Shown: one piece after another, positions 8,495 to 16,679 of the stretch
Layout of the letters: every line of letters begins with the position of its first letter
How positions within the stretch are numbered: position 1 is the stretch's first letter
From: Coprobacillaceae bacterium
GTDB lineage: Bacteria > Bacillota_I > Bacilli_A > Erysipelotrichales > Coprobacillaceae
Direction: 5' to 3'
Assembly (NCBI GenBank): GCA_963675515.1
Contig: OY776328.1
Span: forward strand, 2,430,001-2,462,000
Length of the DNA stretch: 32,000 nucleotides
Made by a program: the position numbers and the translations under genes
Notes under the pieces: generated by a model
The model's input: the letters and a program-made list of their open reading frames with translations, nothing else
The model's database searches: none
Told to the model about the DNA's origin: nothing

Positions 8495-8523
8495 ATTTTA
8501 TCACAGTTTCGCTTCTTTGCACA
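8495..8523 (-). promoter_or_regulatory. Candidate extended -10 promoter for the operon of small ORF, ATPase-like gene and rluA
   Basis: On the minus strand, TGTGCA is at 8523-8518, the spacer is 17 nt, and TGaTAAAAT has TG at 8503-8502 and the hexamer at 8500-8495. Confidence 0.3.
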
Positions 8524-8606
8524 TTAAAAATGCAACAAGAAAAGATTCCCCTTTCCCCAAAGGCACTCTCATTGGCGGCTTTGGTATTGAGGAATCTTTA
8601 AGTGAG

Positions 8607-10193
8607 TTAGTTCTTGGAAAAATCGCGCAGTTCCAGGCTAGGGTTCCTGTCACGGGCCCAGTTGACACCCCATGAAGACGTGAACAGCAGCAATGTGTTA
8701 CCTCTCAAGTCCTGAACCGCCCGGCAGTCGGAAGGCAGGTTGAGCTCTTTCAAGTTGGCGTCATTGTTGATCCAGCGGATGAACTGATATGGCAGTCCTG
8801 AAGAGACGATTTCGACATTGTATTCGTTTTTAAGCCGGTGTTCGAGAACCTCGAACTGCAGGACTCCGACCACGCCCACGAAGATCTCGTCCATGGCTCC
8901 ACCTAGTTCGGTGAAAATCTGGATGGCACCTTCCTTGGCGATCTGTTCAACACCCTTGACGAACTGCTTGCGTTTCATCGTGTCTTTGTTGCGGATCAGA
9001 CGGAAGTGTTCCGGTGCGAATGTCGGGATGCCCTCGAAGGCAAAAGGTTTTTTGGCGTTGGTGATGGTGTCCCCGATTGAGAAGATTCCCGGATCGAAAA
9101 TACCGATTATGTCCCCCGCAAAGGCCTCTTCCACTTCGGAGCGCTCATCGGCCATCAGCGATTTGGACTGGTTGAGCTTGATCTTGCGTTTCCCCTGGAA
9201 ATGGTACACTTCCATCCCCTTGGTGAATTTACCGCTGCAGATCCTGAAGAAGGCCATCCGGTCGCGGTGGTTCTTGTTCATGTTCGCCTGGATCTTGAAG
9301 ACAAAAGCCGAGAACTCCTCATCGGTCGGATTTATCTGCTTGCCATCGGCAGTCCGAGGCAAAGGTGGCGTTGTCATCGCCAGGAAGTGGCGCAGGAATG
9401 GTTCGATCCCGAAGTTTGTCAAAGCCGAACCGAAACATACCGGCGAGAGTTGCCCTTGGTGGACCGCCTCCAGGTTGAATTCATTGCCGGCGATGTCAAG
9501 AAGCTCGATATCTTCAAGAAGCTTGTCGTAAAGCTCAACGTCGATGGCATCCTTTAATAGCGGGTCATCGATCTTGATTGTCTGTGAGCTTACCGCCTTT
9601 TTACCCCCGGTGTAATCCAGGAAGCGGATGACTTCCCTTTTTTCCCTCTCATAGACACCGGCGAACTGTTTGCCACATCCAATCGGCCAGTTGACCGGAG
9701 TCGTCTTGATTCCCAACTCCTGTTCGATCTCTTCTAAAAGAATGTAAGGATCTTGAGCTTCGCGGTCCATCTTATTAATGAAAGTGATGATCGGGATGTT
9801 TCTCATCGTGCAGACCTTGAACAGCTTGCGTGTCTGTTCTTCGACCCCTTTCGAGGCGTCGATTACCATAACCGCACAATCGGCCGCCATCAAAGTCCGA
9901 TAGGTGTCCTCCGAGAAATCCTGATGGCCCGGAGTATCCAGGATGTTGATGCAGTATCCGTCATATTCGAATTGGAGCACCGATGAAGTTACCGAGATCC
10001 CTCTTTGTTTCTCGATTTCCATCCAGTCACTGGTTGCATGACGGGAATTCTTTTTCCCTTTTACAGTTCCCGCCAACTGAATCGCCCCACCATAAAGCAA
10101 AAACTTTTCGGTCAGGGTTGTTTTCCCGGCATCGGGATGGGATATTATCGCAAATGTCCTGCGTCTGTTTATTTCATTAATAAAATCACTCAT
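8607..10193 (-). CDS. prfC: Peptide chain release factor 3 (RF3, translational GTPase)
   Basis: MSDFINEINRRRTFAIISHPDAGKTTLTEKFLLYGGAIQLAGTVKGKKNSRHATSDWMEIEKQRGISVTSSV...DTPGHQDF...NKMDR. ATG 10193 lies 7 nt after GGAGG (10205-10201). The 17 upstream codons in the track are an extension. Confidence 0.96.
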   Translation of the reverse strand: MSDFINEINRRRTFAIISHPDAGKTTLTEKFLLYGGAIQLAGTVKGKKNSRHATSDWMEIEKQRGISVTSSVLQFEYDGYCINILDTPGHQDFSEDTYRTLMAADCAVMVIDASKGVEEQTRKLFKVCTMRNIPIITFINKMDREAQDPYILLEEIEQELGIKTTPVNWPIGCGKQFAGVYEREKREVIRFLDYTGGKKAVSSQTIKIDDPLLKDAIDVELYDKLLEDIELLDIAGNEFNLEAVHQGQLSPVCFGSALTNFGIEPFLRHFLAMTTPPLPRTADGKQINPTDEEFSAFVFKIQANMNKNHRDRMAFFRICSGKFTKGMEVYHFQGKRKIKLNQSKSLMADERSEVEEAFAGDIIGIFDPGIFSIGDTITNAKKPFAFEGIPTFAPEHFRLIRNKDTMKRKQFVKGVEQIAKEGAIQIFTELGGAMDEIFVGVVGVLQFEVLEHRLKNEYNVEIVSSGLPYQFIRWINNDANLKELNLPSDCRAVQDLRGNTLLLFTSSWGVNWARDRNPSLELRDFSKN

Positions 10194-10215
10194 GTTCAAT
10201 CCTCCAGTATTCCTT

Positions 10216-10244
10216 ATAATAGCTAAATTTAAAATCAGTGTCAA
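10216..10244 (-). promoter_or_regulatory. prfC promoter (TTGACA-17 nt-TATTAT)
   Basis: On the minus strand, TTGACA is at 10244-10239, the spacer is 17 nt, and TATTAT is at 10221-10216. It lies between the upstream terminator and the prfC RBS. Confidence 0.6.
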
Positions 10245-10263
10245 CAGTTTATCCCCTTAAAGA

Positions 10264-10293
10264 CAAGAAAAAAAGGAAATCAGCTTTCCTTTT
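10264..10293 (-). terminator. Intrinsic terminator of the 186-aa gene
   Basis: Perfect 9-bp stem (10285-10293 / 10271-10279) with loop 10280-10284, followed on the minus strand by TTTTTTT. The stop codon lies in the loop. Confidence 0.8.
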
Positions 10294-10840
10294 TCCCATA
10301 GCTATTATTTTCATTGTCGAATTGAAGATCACTACAGAAAATCTCAAGAATGCCGATGTAACGGATCACTTCAGCATTGTCCAGTCCAGTCTCCTCTTGA
10401 ATCTGTTCAATGCTTCCTGATTTGACAGACAAATAATTGTAAACCTTGATCGCCTTATCCATGCTATCGGCAACGACCAATTCCCGTTTTGCCTTTTGGA
10501 AAGATTTCTTTATCAGGACACCAAGTTCATTTTCAATTCCTTGGAAACTATTGAATGACGCGTAGTTCGCCTTCTTTGACAGTTCCCTTTTATCAATATC
10601 GATAATGACCTTTGTTGCCAGATTAGGATCAGCGTTTTCCAGGTATTCGCAATACTTAGCCAGCTCTTCACTTTTGGAATTATTGACATCCAAAATTGCC
10701 AAAAAATAGTCTGCCTTATAGATATCCTTAAGGTATTTGAGCTTGACAACATCAACTTTGAAATCCTGGCTGGCCCGTTCCACCATGTTAACTTCGCGCT
10801 TAGTTAAGCCATAAACGACGATAGTCTTATTATTCAACAT
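10280..10840 (-). CDS. Hypothetical protein, 186 aa (family not recognised; possible C-terminal winged-helix)
   Basis: Clean ORF with RBS GGAGG (10853-10849) 8 nt before the ATG, plus its own terminator. The N-terminal half looks beta-alpha-beta (KTIVVYGL...DYFLAILDV). The C-terminus SIEQIQEETGLDNAEVIRYIGILE looks HTH-like. Confidence 0.75.
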   Translation of the reverse strand: MLNNKTIVVYGLTKREVNMVERASQDFKVDVVKLKYLKDIYKADYFLAILDVNNSKSEELAKYCEYLENADPNLATKVIIDIDKRELSKKANYASFNSFQGIENELGVLIKKSFQKAKRELVVADSMDKAIKVYNYLSVKSGSIEQIQEETGLDNAEVIRYIGILEIFCSDLQFDNENNSYGKKES

Positions 10841-10977
10841 TTTATCGCCTCCATTTCTAAAACCATTATACTACCTCCGCTTCCAAATTACAATATAGGC
10901 GCCAAAAAAGTTTACATTGTAACAATAGACACAAACATTGTACCAACAAACTTTCAGGCGATAATTTTTCAAAAAAA

Positions 10978-11007
10978 TTGGCATCGAATCGGGATTTATG
11001 ATATGAT
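10978..11007 (+). promoter_or_regulatory. Promoter of the glycosylase-like gene (TTGGCA-18 nt-TATGAT)
   Basis: TTGGCA at 10978-10983, TATGAT at 11002-11007. RBS AAGGAGG at 11024-11030, ATG at 11038. Confidence 0.45.
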
Positions 11008-11037
11008 GTTGCAGTTATCGTTTAAGGAGGTACCGAT

Positions 11038-11679
11038 ATGAATTTTACATACTCTCAAGAAGAATTAGACTATCTATCAAAAAAAGACAAAAAATTTAAA
11101 GAAGCGATTGAACAAATCGGCTTCATCACGGTCGATAACCAGACCGACCCGTTCATCAAGATCATCCAAGGCATCCTTTCATATCTCGACAATGGCAGCG
11201 AGCTGTTCGAAAAGCTCAAGGAAAGTCAAGTGGAGCTTACGCCCTACTCCCTGACCAAAGTCAAAGACAAGAATCTCTTCGCCTTGAAAATCCCCCAATT
11301 CCAGGCCTTGTGCATCAAGGACTTCGCTACCCGCGTCTATCGCAAACAATATGATCTAAGCCAGCTTGATTCCAGCGATCCCCAGCTGCTCGAAAATGCC
11401 CTTCTGGCAATTCCTGGTATGACATATGAAGCGATCGAAGCATTCAAGAATTCATCGACAAATAATACAAACAATGTCGAACCGCTGGAAAGAGACAATG
11501 AGACTATCCTTAAAGGGATGCGCATGCTCTATCGCCACCGGGCTATCGATGACGCCAAATTCGAGCGTTATGCCAAAAGATACCAACCCCATGGTGATGT
11601 GGCCGCCCTTTACCTGAGTGCCATTGCCAATGGTGCCATCGCCAATCTGAGTGACCCCCAGCCAAAAAGCAAAAAATAG
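11038..11679 (+). CDS. Divergent HhH-GPD superfamily protein (short DNA-3-methyladenine glycosylase II-like)
   Basis: The ends match the short clostridial-type AlkA-like proteins as I recall them. The N-terminus reads Y..EELDYLSKKDKKFKEAIEQIGFI. The C-terminus reads KFERYAKRYQPHGDVAALYLSAI. The central helix-hairpin-helix GxG is not conserved (IPGMTYEA). Confidence 0.55.
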   Translation: MNFTYSQEELDYLSKKDKKFKEAIEQIGFITVDNQTDPFIKIIQGILSYLDNGSELFEKLKESQVELTPYSLTKVKDKNLFALKIPQFQALCIKDFATRVYRKQYDLSQLDSSDPQLLENALLAIPGMTYEAIEAFKNSSTNNTNNVEPLERDNETILKGMRMLYRHRAIDDAKFERYAKRYQPHGDVAALYLSAIANGAIANLSDPQPKSKK

Positions 11680-11685
11680 CCAAAA

Positions 11686-11722
11686 AACAAGATGAAGCCA
11701 GAAAGCCCATCTTGTTTTTTTG
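11686..11722 (+). terminator. Intrinsic terminator
   Basis: AACAAGATG (11686-11694) pairs with CATCTTGTT (11708-11716), followed by TTTTT. Confidence 0.8.
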
Positions 11723-11923
11723 ATATCTGCGATTGATACCATTAAGTGTTTATTAAAAGGAGTTTGTTACGGAGTTATGAAATGGTTGCGAATCATTTGT
11801 TAGTTCCATCTAACAACTGTATGATACCACCCGTTCCATCAATTGTCAAACGAAGTGATTTTTAATTTCTTTCGTCCATATTAAAAAAATTGTTACGGAT
11901 TTTTGGCCGATTGCTAAATATGA

Positions 11924-11952
11924 TTGACTTGAGTGAAATATTTTATTAAGAT
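11924..11952 (+). promoter_or_regulatory. ABC-operon promoter (TTGACT-17 nt-TAAGAT)
   Basis: TTGACT at 11924-11929, TAAGAT at 11947-11952. A purine-rich RBS at 11985-11995 precedes ATG 12000. Confidence 0.5.
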
Positions 11953-11999
11953 TTAAATAATCTATCAAGATAATCAAGTGAGAAAGAGAAGGAAGAGAT

Positions 12000-12962
12000 A
12001 TGAAAAAATTATTCAAGTCATTATTGGCATCTTCACTGGTTTTGGGATTGACTGCCTGTGGCAGTTCGACAACAACCAGCCAGACAGTCGGAATCATCCA
12101 GCTTGTCCAACACCCGGCTTTGGATGCCACCAATGAGGGATTCAAGGACGCTTTGGAAGAAGCCGGCATCGAGGTAACCTACGACGACCAGAACGCCCAA
12201 GGCGAAATCGCCAACTGCGATTCGATTGCATCTAAATTCGTCAACGACGGAGTAGACTTGATCTACGCCATCGCCACTCCGGCAGCCCAATCAGCAGCTT
12301 CGAAAACAACCGACATCCCGATTGTGGTTTCAGCGGTTACTGATCCAGCATCGGCAGGATTGGTCCAAAGCAATGAAAATCCGGGCACGAACGTTACTGG
12401 CGCTTCGGATCTTACCCCAGTCAAGGAACAGATCGATCTGCTCAATCAATTGATTCCTACTGCCAAGACAATCGGAGTAATGTACAACTCTTCGGAAGAC
12501 AATTCTATTTTCCAGGCGGAAATGGCCAAAGCGGCAATCGAAGATGCCGGTATGACATACCAGGCATACACTGTTTCCGAGTCAAATGCGATCCAACAGG
12601 TAGTTGAATCGGCAGTGGGAAAAGTGGACGCGATCTACATCCCAACCGACAACCTGCTTGCAGACGGGATGGCGACTGTTGCCATGGTATGCAACGAAAA
12701 CAAGATCCCTACTATCGTCGGAGAAGCCGGAATGGTTTCCAACGGCGGCCTGGCGACTTATGGAATCGACTATTACGAACTGGGACGGCTGGCTGGATTA
12801 CAGGCAGTTGAAATCCTTAAAAACGGGGCAACTCCATCTACAATGCCCGTCGTATATTTGAATAAAGAAGAATGCGAACTTACAATCAATCAGACTACTG
12901 CTGATGTCCTGGGAATCACTATTCCAGCAGACTTGAGTTCACAAGCACAAATCGTCGAATAA
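12000..12962 (+). CDS. ABC transporter substrate-binding lipoprotein (ABC_sub_bind / PF04392-like)
   Basis: Lipobox LGLTAC (Cys20). The pattern VGIIQLVQHPALDATNEGFKDALEEAG...DLIYAIATPAAQ is typical of this family. It is followed by a cognate permease and ATPase. Confidence 0.9.
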   Translation: MKKLFKSLLASSLVLGLTACGSSTTTSQTVGIIQLVQHPALDATNEGFKDALEEAGIEVTYDDQNAQGEIANCDSIASKFVNDGVDLIYAIATPAAQSAASKTTDIPIVVSAVTDPASAGLVQSNENPGTNVTGASDLTPVKEQIDLLNQLIPTAKTIGVMYNSSEDNSIFQAEMAKAAIEDAGMTYQAYTVSESNAIQQVVESAVGKVDAIYIPTDNLLADGMATVAMVCNENKIPTIVGEAGMVSNGGLATYGIDYYELGRLAGLQAVEILKNGATPSTMPVVYLNKEECELTINQTTADVLGITIPADLSSQAQIVE

Positions 12963-13888
12963 TGCCTTTTTTACTTGCTATTCAAAGCGCTGTAGGTCAA
13001 GGTATCCTTTGGGGTATCATGGCCTTAGGCGTTTTTATTACTTTCAGACTTTTGGATATTGCTGATTTGACGGTAGACGGATCTTTCGCCACAGGCGGAG
13101 CTGTCTGCGCAGTAGCGTTGACTTCAGGAATCAATCCGATTGTCGCCATTTTGATGGCCACTGTTTCCGGCTTCATTGCCGGGGGCATAACCGGAATTCT
13201 TCACACCAAATTCGACATTCCTGCCATTCTGGCCGGTATATTGTCTCAGATCGGGCTTTATTCGATCAACCTTAGAATCATGGGGCGTTCGAACATCCCT
13301 CTGCTCAACACGCCAAACCTTTTCAAGGACCTGCCAATCAGCGGCCTGTCAAACAACTGGATCGTGTTGATTGTCGGACTTGTCATCGCCATCATCATAA
13401 TCATTGTCACATACTGGTTTTTTGGAACCGAACTTGGCAGCGCAATCCGGGCGACCGGAAACAATGAAAAGATGGTCCGTTCTCTAGGAGTAAATACAAA
13501 TTCGACCAAGATTATCGGGCTGATGATCTCGAACGGACTGATCGCCCTGTCAGGGGCACTGGTGACCCAGGCTCAGGGATACGCCGACATCAAGATGGGA
13601 ATCGGGGCGATTGTCATGGCCCTGGCCTCGATTGTAATCGGGGAGGTGCTCATTTCCAAAGGAACCAATTTCCTGGTGGCCCTGGCTGCCATAATTTCCG
13701 GTTCGATCATCTACCGGATCATCATCACCGTGGTGCTCCAGGCCGGACTTTCGACCGACGACCTTAAGCTTTTCACTGCCCTCCTGGTTGCCGTGGCCCT
13801 GGCCATTCCGACCTACCTGGCAAAAAGAAGACAGGTCACCACATACAAGAAAATGACAAAGGAGATCGAAGATGCTCAAACTAAGTAA
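12962..13888 (+). CDS. ABC transporter permease
   Basis: Polytopic membrane protein. Its ATG overlaps the upstream stop (TAATG at 12960-12964). Confidence 0.9.
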   Translation: MPFLLAIQSAVGQGILWGIMALGVFITFRLLDIADLTVDGSFATGGAVCAVALTSGINPIVAILMATVSGFIAGGITGILHTKFDIPAILAGILSQIGLYSINLRIMGRSNIPLLNTPNLFKDLPISGLSNNWIVLIVGLVIAIIIIIVTYWFFGTELGSAIRATGNNEKMVRSLGVNTNSTKIIGLMISNGLIALSGALVTQAQGYADIKMGIGAIVMALASIVIGEVLISKGTNFLVALAAIISGSIIYRIIITVVLQAGLSTDDLKLFTALLVAVALAIPTYLAKRRQVTTYKKMTKEIEDAQTK

Positions 13889-14669
13889 CATTTCCAAGAC
13901 ATTCAACTTGGGAACCATCAACGAGAAAAAAGCCCTTCAAAACATCTCCCTGACCGTAAATGAAGGTGATTTCATCACCATTATCGGTGGTAACGGGGCG
14001 GGAAAATCAACCCTGCTCAACACAATTGCCGGTGTCTACAGTATCGATTGTGGCCACATTCACATCGACAACGACGATGTCTCCCTCAAGAGCGAATATG
14101 AAATCGCCGCCAATATCGGGAGGGTGTTCCAGGATCCGATGATGGGGACCGCCACCAACCTGGAAATAATCGAAAATCTCGCTCTGGCCAACCGCCGCGG
14201 CAAGAAAAGAACGCTCGCATGGGGCATCAAACCAAGCGAGAAGCAACAATACCATGAAGTATTGAAAAGACTCGGTCTTGGATTGGAAAACCGGATGACT
14301 TCAAAGGTCGGACTGCTTTCCGGGGGCCAACGCCAGGCTCTGACTTTGCTTATGGCAACACTGCAAAAACCCAAGATCCTGCTGCTCGATGAACATACGG
14401 CCGCTCTCGATCCGGTGACTGCCAAGAAAGTATTGGAGCTGACCCAGGAAATCGTAGCCGAACAGAACCTGACCGCCTTGATGGTCACCCACAACATGAA
14501 AGATGCCATCGCCATCGGCAACCGGCTGATCATGATGAACCAGGGCCAGATCGTTTACGATGTGGCTGGCGAGGAAAAAATGAACCTTACGGTCGAGGAC
14601 CTCCTGCGCAAATTCGAAGAAGTGTCACACGAATCATTCGCGAACGACCGGATGCTACTTGTCGATTAA
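13872..14669 (+). CDS. ABC transporter ATP-binding protein
   Basis: Walker A GGNGAGKST, signature LSGGQRQ, Walker B ILLLDEH. It overlaps the permease gene by 17 nt. Confidence 0.95.
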   Translation: MLKLSNISKTFNLGTINEKKALQNISLTVNEGDFITIIGGNGAGKSTLLNTIAGVYSIDCGHIHIDNDDVSLKSEYEIAANIGRVFQDPMMGTATNLEIIENLALANRRGKKRTLAWGIKPSEKQQYHEVLKRLGLGLENRMTSKVGLLSGGQRQALTLLMATLQKPKILLLDEHTAALDPVTAKKVLELTQEIVAEQNLTALMVTHNMKDAIAIGNRLIMMNQGQIVYDVAGEEKMNLTVEDLLRKFEEVSHESFANDRMLLVD

Positions 14670-14696
14670 ACATCCTTTTAAGGATGTTTTTTTCTT
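14669..14696 (+). terminator. Intrinsic terminator of the ABC operon
   Basis: AACATCCTT / AAGGATGTT stem followed by TTTTTT. Confidence 0.8.
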
Positions 14697-14714
14697 TGCC
14701 GGAAATTATTCAGG

Positions 14715-14742
14715 TTTACTTTTTTGCCAATTATGTTATAGT
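14715..14742 (+). promoter_or_regulatory. mnmA promoter (TTTACT-16 nt-TGtTATAGT)
   Basis: TTTACT at 14715-14720, TG at 14734-14735, TATAGT at 14737-14742. Confidence 0.4.
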
Positions 14743-14803
14743 GGAACCGTACAAAAGCTTTAGATCTTTTAAATCTTTTAGCTGTGATTTAATGGAGGAA
14801 AAT

Positions 14804-15865
14804 ATGGAAAAAAAACATGTACTTGTAGGCATGAGCGGTGGCGTTGATTCGTCGGTAACTGCCTATCTATTATTACAACAAGGATATCATGTCACTGGTG
14901 TGCACATGATAACCCTGCCCGAGTCGCAAGGCCAATCGGCCGAAATCGAGGATGCCCAAAAGGTATGCGACACACTGGGAATCGAGCTGATCGTTATCGA
15001 CAAGCGCGAGGAGTTCTCGAAGGAAGTCATCGAGTATTTTATCGACGAGTACCAGCAAGGCCGGACCCCGAATCCCTGTGTGATCTGCAACCGCAAGATT
15101 AAATGGCCGATGCTGCTTCACAATCAGGAGAAAATCAAGGTCGATTATATCGCGACGGGCCACTATGCCAAAATAGTGAAAACAGAAAATGGCCGTTTTG
15201 CCATCAAGCATGCCAAAACAGCCACCAAGGACCAGACCTATATGCTTTTCAACCTGACCCAGGATCAGCTCGCCCATACACTTTTCCCTTTGGGCGACTA
15301 TGAAAAGGAAGACGTCCGGGAAATCGCCAAAGACATCAATGCCCGCATCGCCGCCAAAAGCGACTCCCAGGAGATATGCTTCGTCAAGACGTCTGATTAT
15401 GTGACATTCATCGAGGATTTCACCCACAAGGAATTTGTCCCGGGCAATTATGTCGATACTGATGGAAATGTCATCGGCAAGCACAAGGGTATCGCCCGCT
15501 ATACCATCGGACAGCGCAAGGGGCTCGATATAAATCTCAACAAGAAAGCCTTTGTCGTGGACATCGATGCCGCGACCAACGAGATAACTCTTGGCGACAA
15601 CGAAGACCTTTATGCCTGTTCGTGCCAGTTCGACCAGGTCAATTTCATGGGGATCGAATCGATCGATGGCGAACTCAAAGCCCAGGCCAAGGCCCGCTAT
15701 TCGCAAAAACCAAGCGATTGTGTCATCACCCAGGTTGACAAGGACAACTATCTTTGCACCTTCACCCAACCCCAACGCGCCATGACCCCAGGTCAGGCCC
15801 TGGTATTCTACGATGACCAAGGCGTCATTCTCGGTGGCGGTCTCATCAATAAAATCATCCGTTAA
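14804..15865 (+). CDS. mnmA: tRNA 2-thiouridine(34) synthase (tRNA-specific 2-thiouridylase)
   Basis: MEKKHVLVGMSGGVDSSV contains the PP-loop. NPCVICNR and DQTYML are also present. ATG 14804 lies 5 nt after GGAGG (14794-14798). The track start at 14684 lies inside the upstream terminator. Confidence 0.95.
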   Translation: MEKKHVLVGMSGGVDSSVTAYLLLQQGYHVTGVHMITLPESQGQSAEIEDAQKVCDTLGIELIVIDKREEFSKEVIEYFIDEYQQGRTPNPCVICNRKIKWPMLLHNQEKIKVDYIATGHYAKIVKTENGRFAIKHAKTATKDQTYMLFNLTQDQLAHTLFPLGDYEKEDVREIAKDINARIAAKSDSQEICFVKTSDYVTFIEDFTHKEFVPGNYVDTDGNVIGKHKGIARYTIGQRKGLDINLNKKAFVVDIDAATNEITLGDNEDLYACSCQFDQVNFMGIESIDGELKAQAKARYSQKPSDCVITQVDKDNYLCTFTQPQRAMTPGQALVFYDDQGVILGGGLINKIIR

Positions 15866-15891
15866 ACTGCGGCAACTGCTGCAGTTTTTTA
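15865..15891. terminator. Bidirectional terminator between convergent genes (mnmA and hydrolase)
   Basis: AACTGCGGCA / TGCTGCAGTT stem with TTTTTT on the plus strand and an A-run upstream. Confidence 0.65.
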
Positions 15892-16596
15892 TTTCCCGAT
15901 GAATTCCATGATGGCATCAACTGTCTGAAGTAGCTGCCCTCTGGGTGATATTTGCGCAACTCCGTCACCCTCTTGAGGTCCGTAGTCGCCAAACTGGCTG
16001 TGGTTACCTCCTTCGATCTCTATCACATTATTGGTATAATCGATCTTCGAACGGTCGAGGACCAAATCAAAGCTGCCATAAATGGTCAGCTGCTTATCCA
16101 CGGGATAATCGCCGTAAAGATAGCTGCCAAGAAGAATCAGGCCGTCAACCTCATCCTGGTGCCCGCTCGCAAAACTTGAAGCCATTGCTCCACCTAGCGA
16201 ATGGCCCATCATATATATGGCGGTCTCATCACCAAACAGGTCAAGATATTCTTCGGCCCGGTTCACGTCAAATACCGCCAGGTTGAAGGGCATCTTGCAG
16301 ACAATAACATCGATTCCCTCGTCTGATAACAGCTTTGCCAGGGGCAGATAGGCCTCATGTTCGACCTTTCCGCCCGGGTAGAAGATTACCAGCTCATCCA
16401 CATCTCCCTCTTTGACAGTATCTCCAGATAGAAAAATATCGCCATTTGGATAAGTGACCAGGCTTTGATCAGCCAACAGAGCCCCTGCAGTCTCCCCATA
16501 ATGGTAGTAGTCCTGGACATAGACCATGAAGGCACCACCGCCAATCAGAGTCAAAACAATGATGGCGCCAATAAACAATTTGAGTTTTCTTTTCAT
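15889..16596 (-). CDS. Membrane-anchored alpha/beta hydrolase
   Basis: N-terminal TM helix (LFIGAIIVLTLIGGGAFMVYV) and nucleophile elbow MMGHSLGGAMA. RBS GAGGTG lies 7 nt before the ATG. Confidence 0.88.
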   Translation of the reverse strand: MKRKLKLFIGAIIVLTLIGGGAFMVYVQDYYHYGETAGALLADQSLVTYPNGDIFLSGDTVKEGDVDELVIFYPGGKVEHEAYLPLAKLLSDEGIDVIVCKMPFNLAVFDVNRAEEYLDLFGDETAIYMMGHSLGGAMASSFASGHQDEVDGLILLGSYLYGDYPVDKQLTIYGSFDLVLDRSKIDYTNNVIEIEGGNHSQFGDYGPQEGDGVAQISPRGQLLQTVDAIMEFIGK

Positions 16597-16644
16597 AAAC
16601 GCACCTCTTCTAGTTTCAATTGTAACTCAGGCCAAGACAGTTTG

Positions 16645-16672
16645 CAAAAAAGACGACCCAATATGGATCGTC
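16645..16672 (-). terminator. Intrinsic terminator ending the operon of mtlF, kinase and dehydrogenase
   Basis: On the minus strand, a GACGA...TCGTC stem (16671-16667 / 16656-16652) is followed by TTTTTT (the A-run at 16645-16651 on the plus strand). Confidence 0.6.
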
Positions 16673-16679
16673 AGAGTGA

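Noticed and set aside
8549-8576. CCAAAG...CTTTGG hairpin downstream of prfC as a terminator
   Set aside because: The stem is 6 bp with a 16-nt loop and no adjacent T-run on the minus strand. It is not convincing.
8818-9557. 237-aa and 118-aa ORFs antisense to prfC
   Set aside because: prfC on the minus strand is unambiguous. These are frame shadows in a GC-richer gene.
11823-11837. T-box-like GGAACGGGTGGTATC on the minus strand upstream of the ABC operon
   Set aside because: It is on the wrong strand for the ABC genes and has no minus-strand gene downstream. No specifier or antiterminator structure accompanies it.
3209-11899. Recurrent TTGTTAC-containing motifs: the quasi-palindrome ATTGTTACCGGTTACAAT at 3209-3226, and TTGTTACGGA at 11764-11773 and 11890-11899
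   Set aside because: The shared core is only 7 nt, which is expected about 4 times by chance in 32 kb on both strands. The contexts are unrelated.
14873-15820. 315-aa ORF antisense to mnmA
   Set aside because: It is a shadow ORF. The opposite strand encodes a conserved MnmA with a PP-loop and proper RBS. The antisense product is low-complexity (L/D/G/I-rich) and has no RBS.
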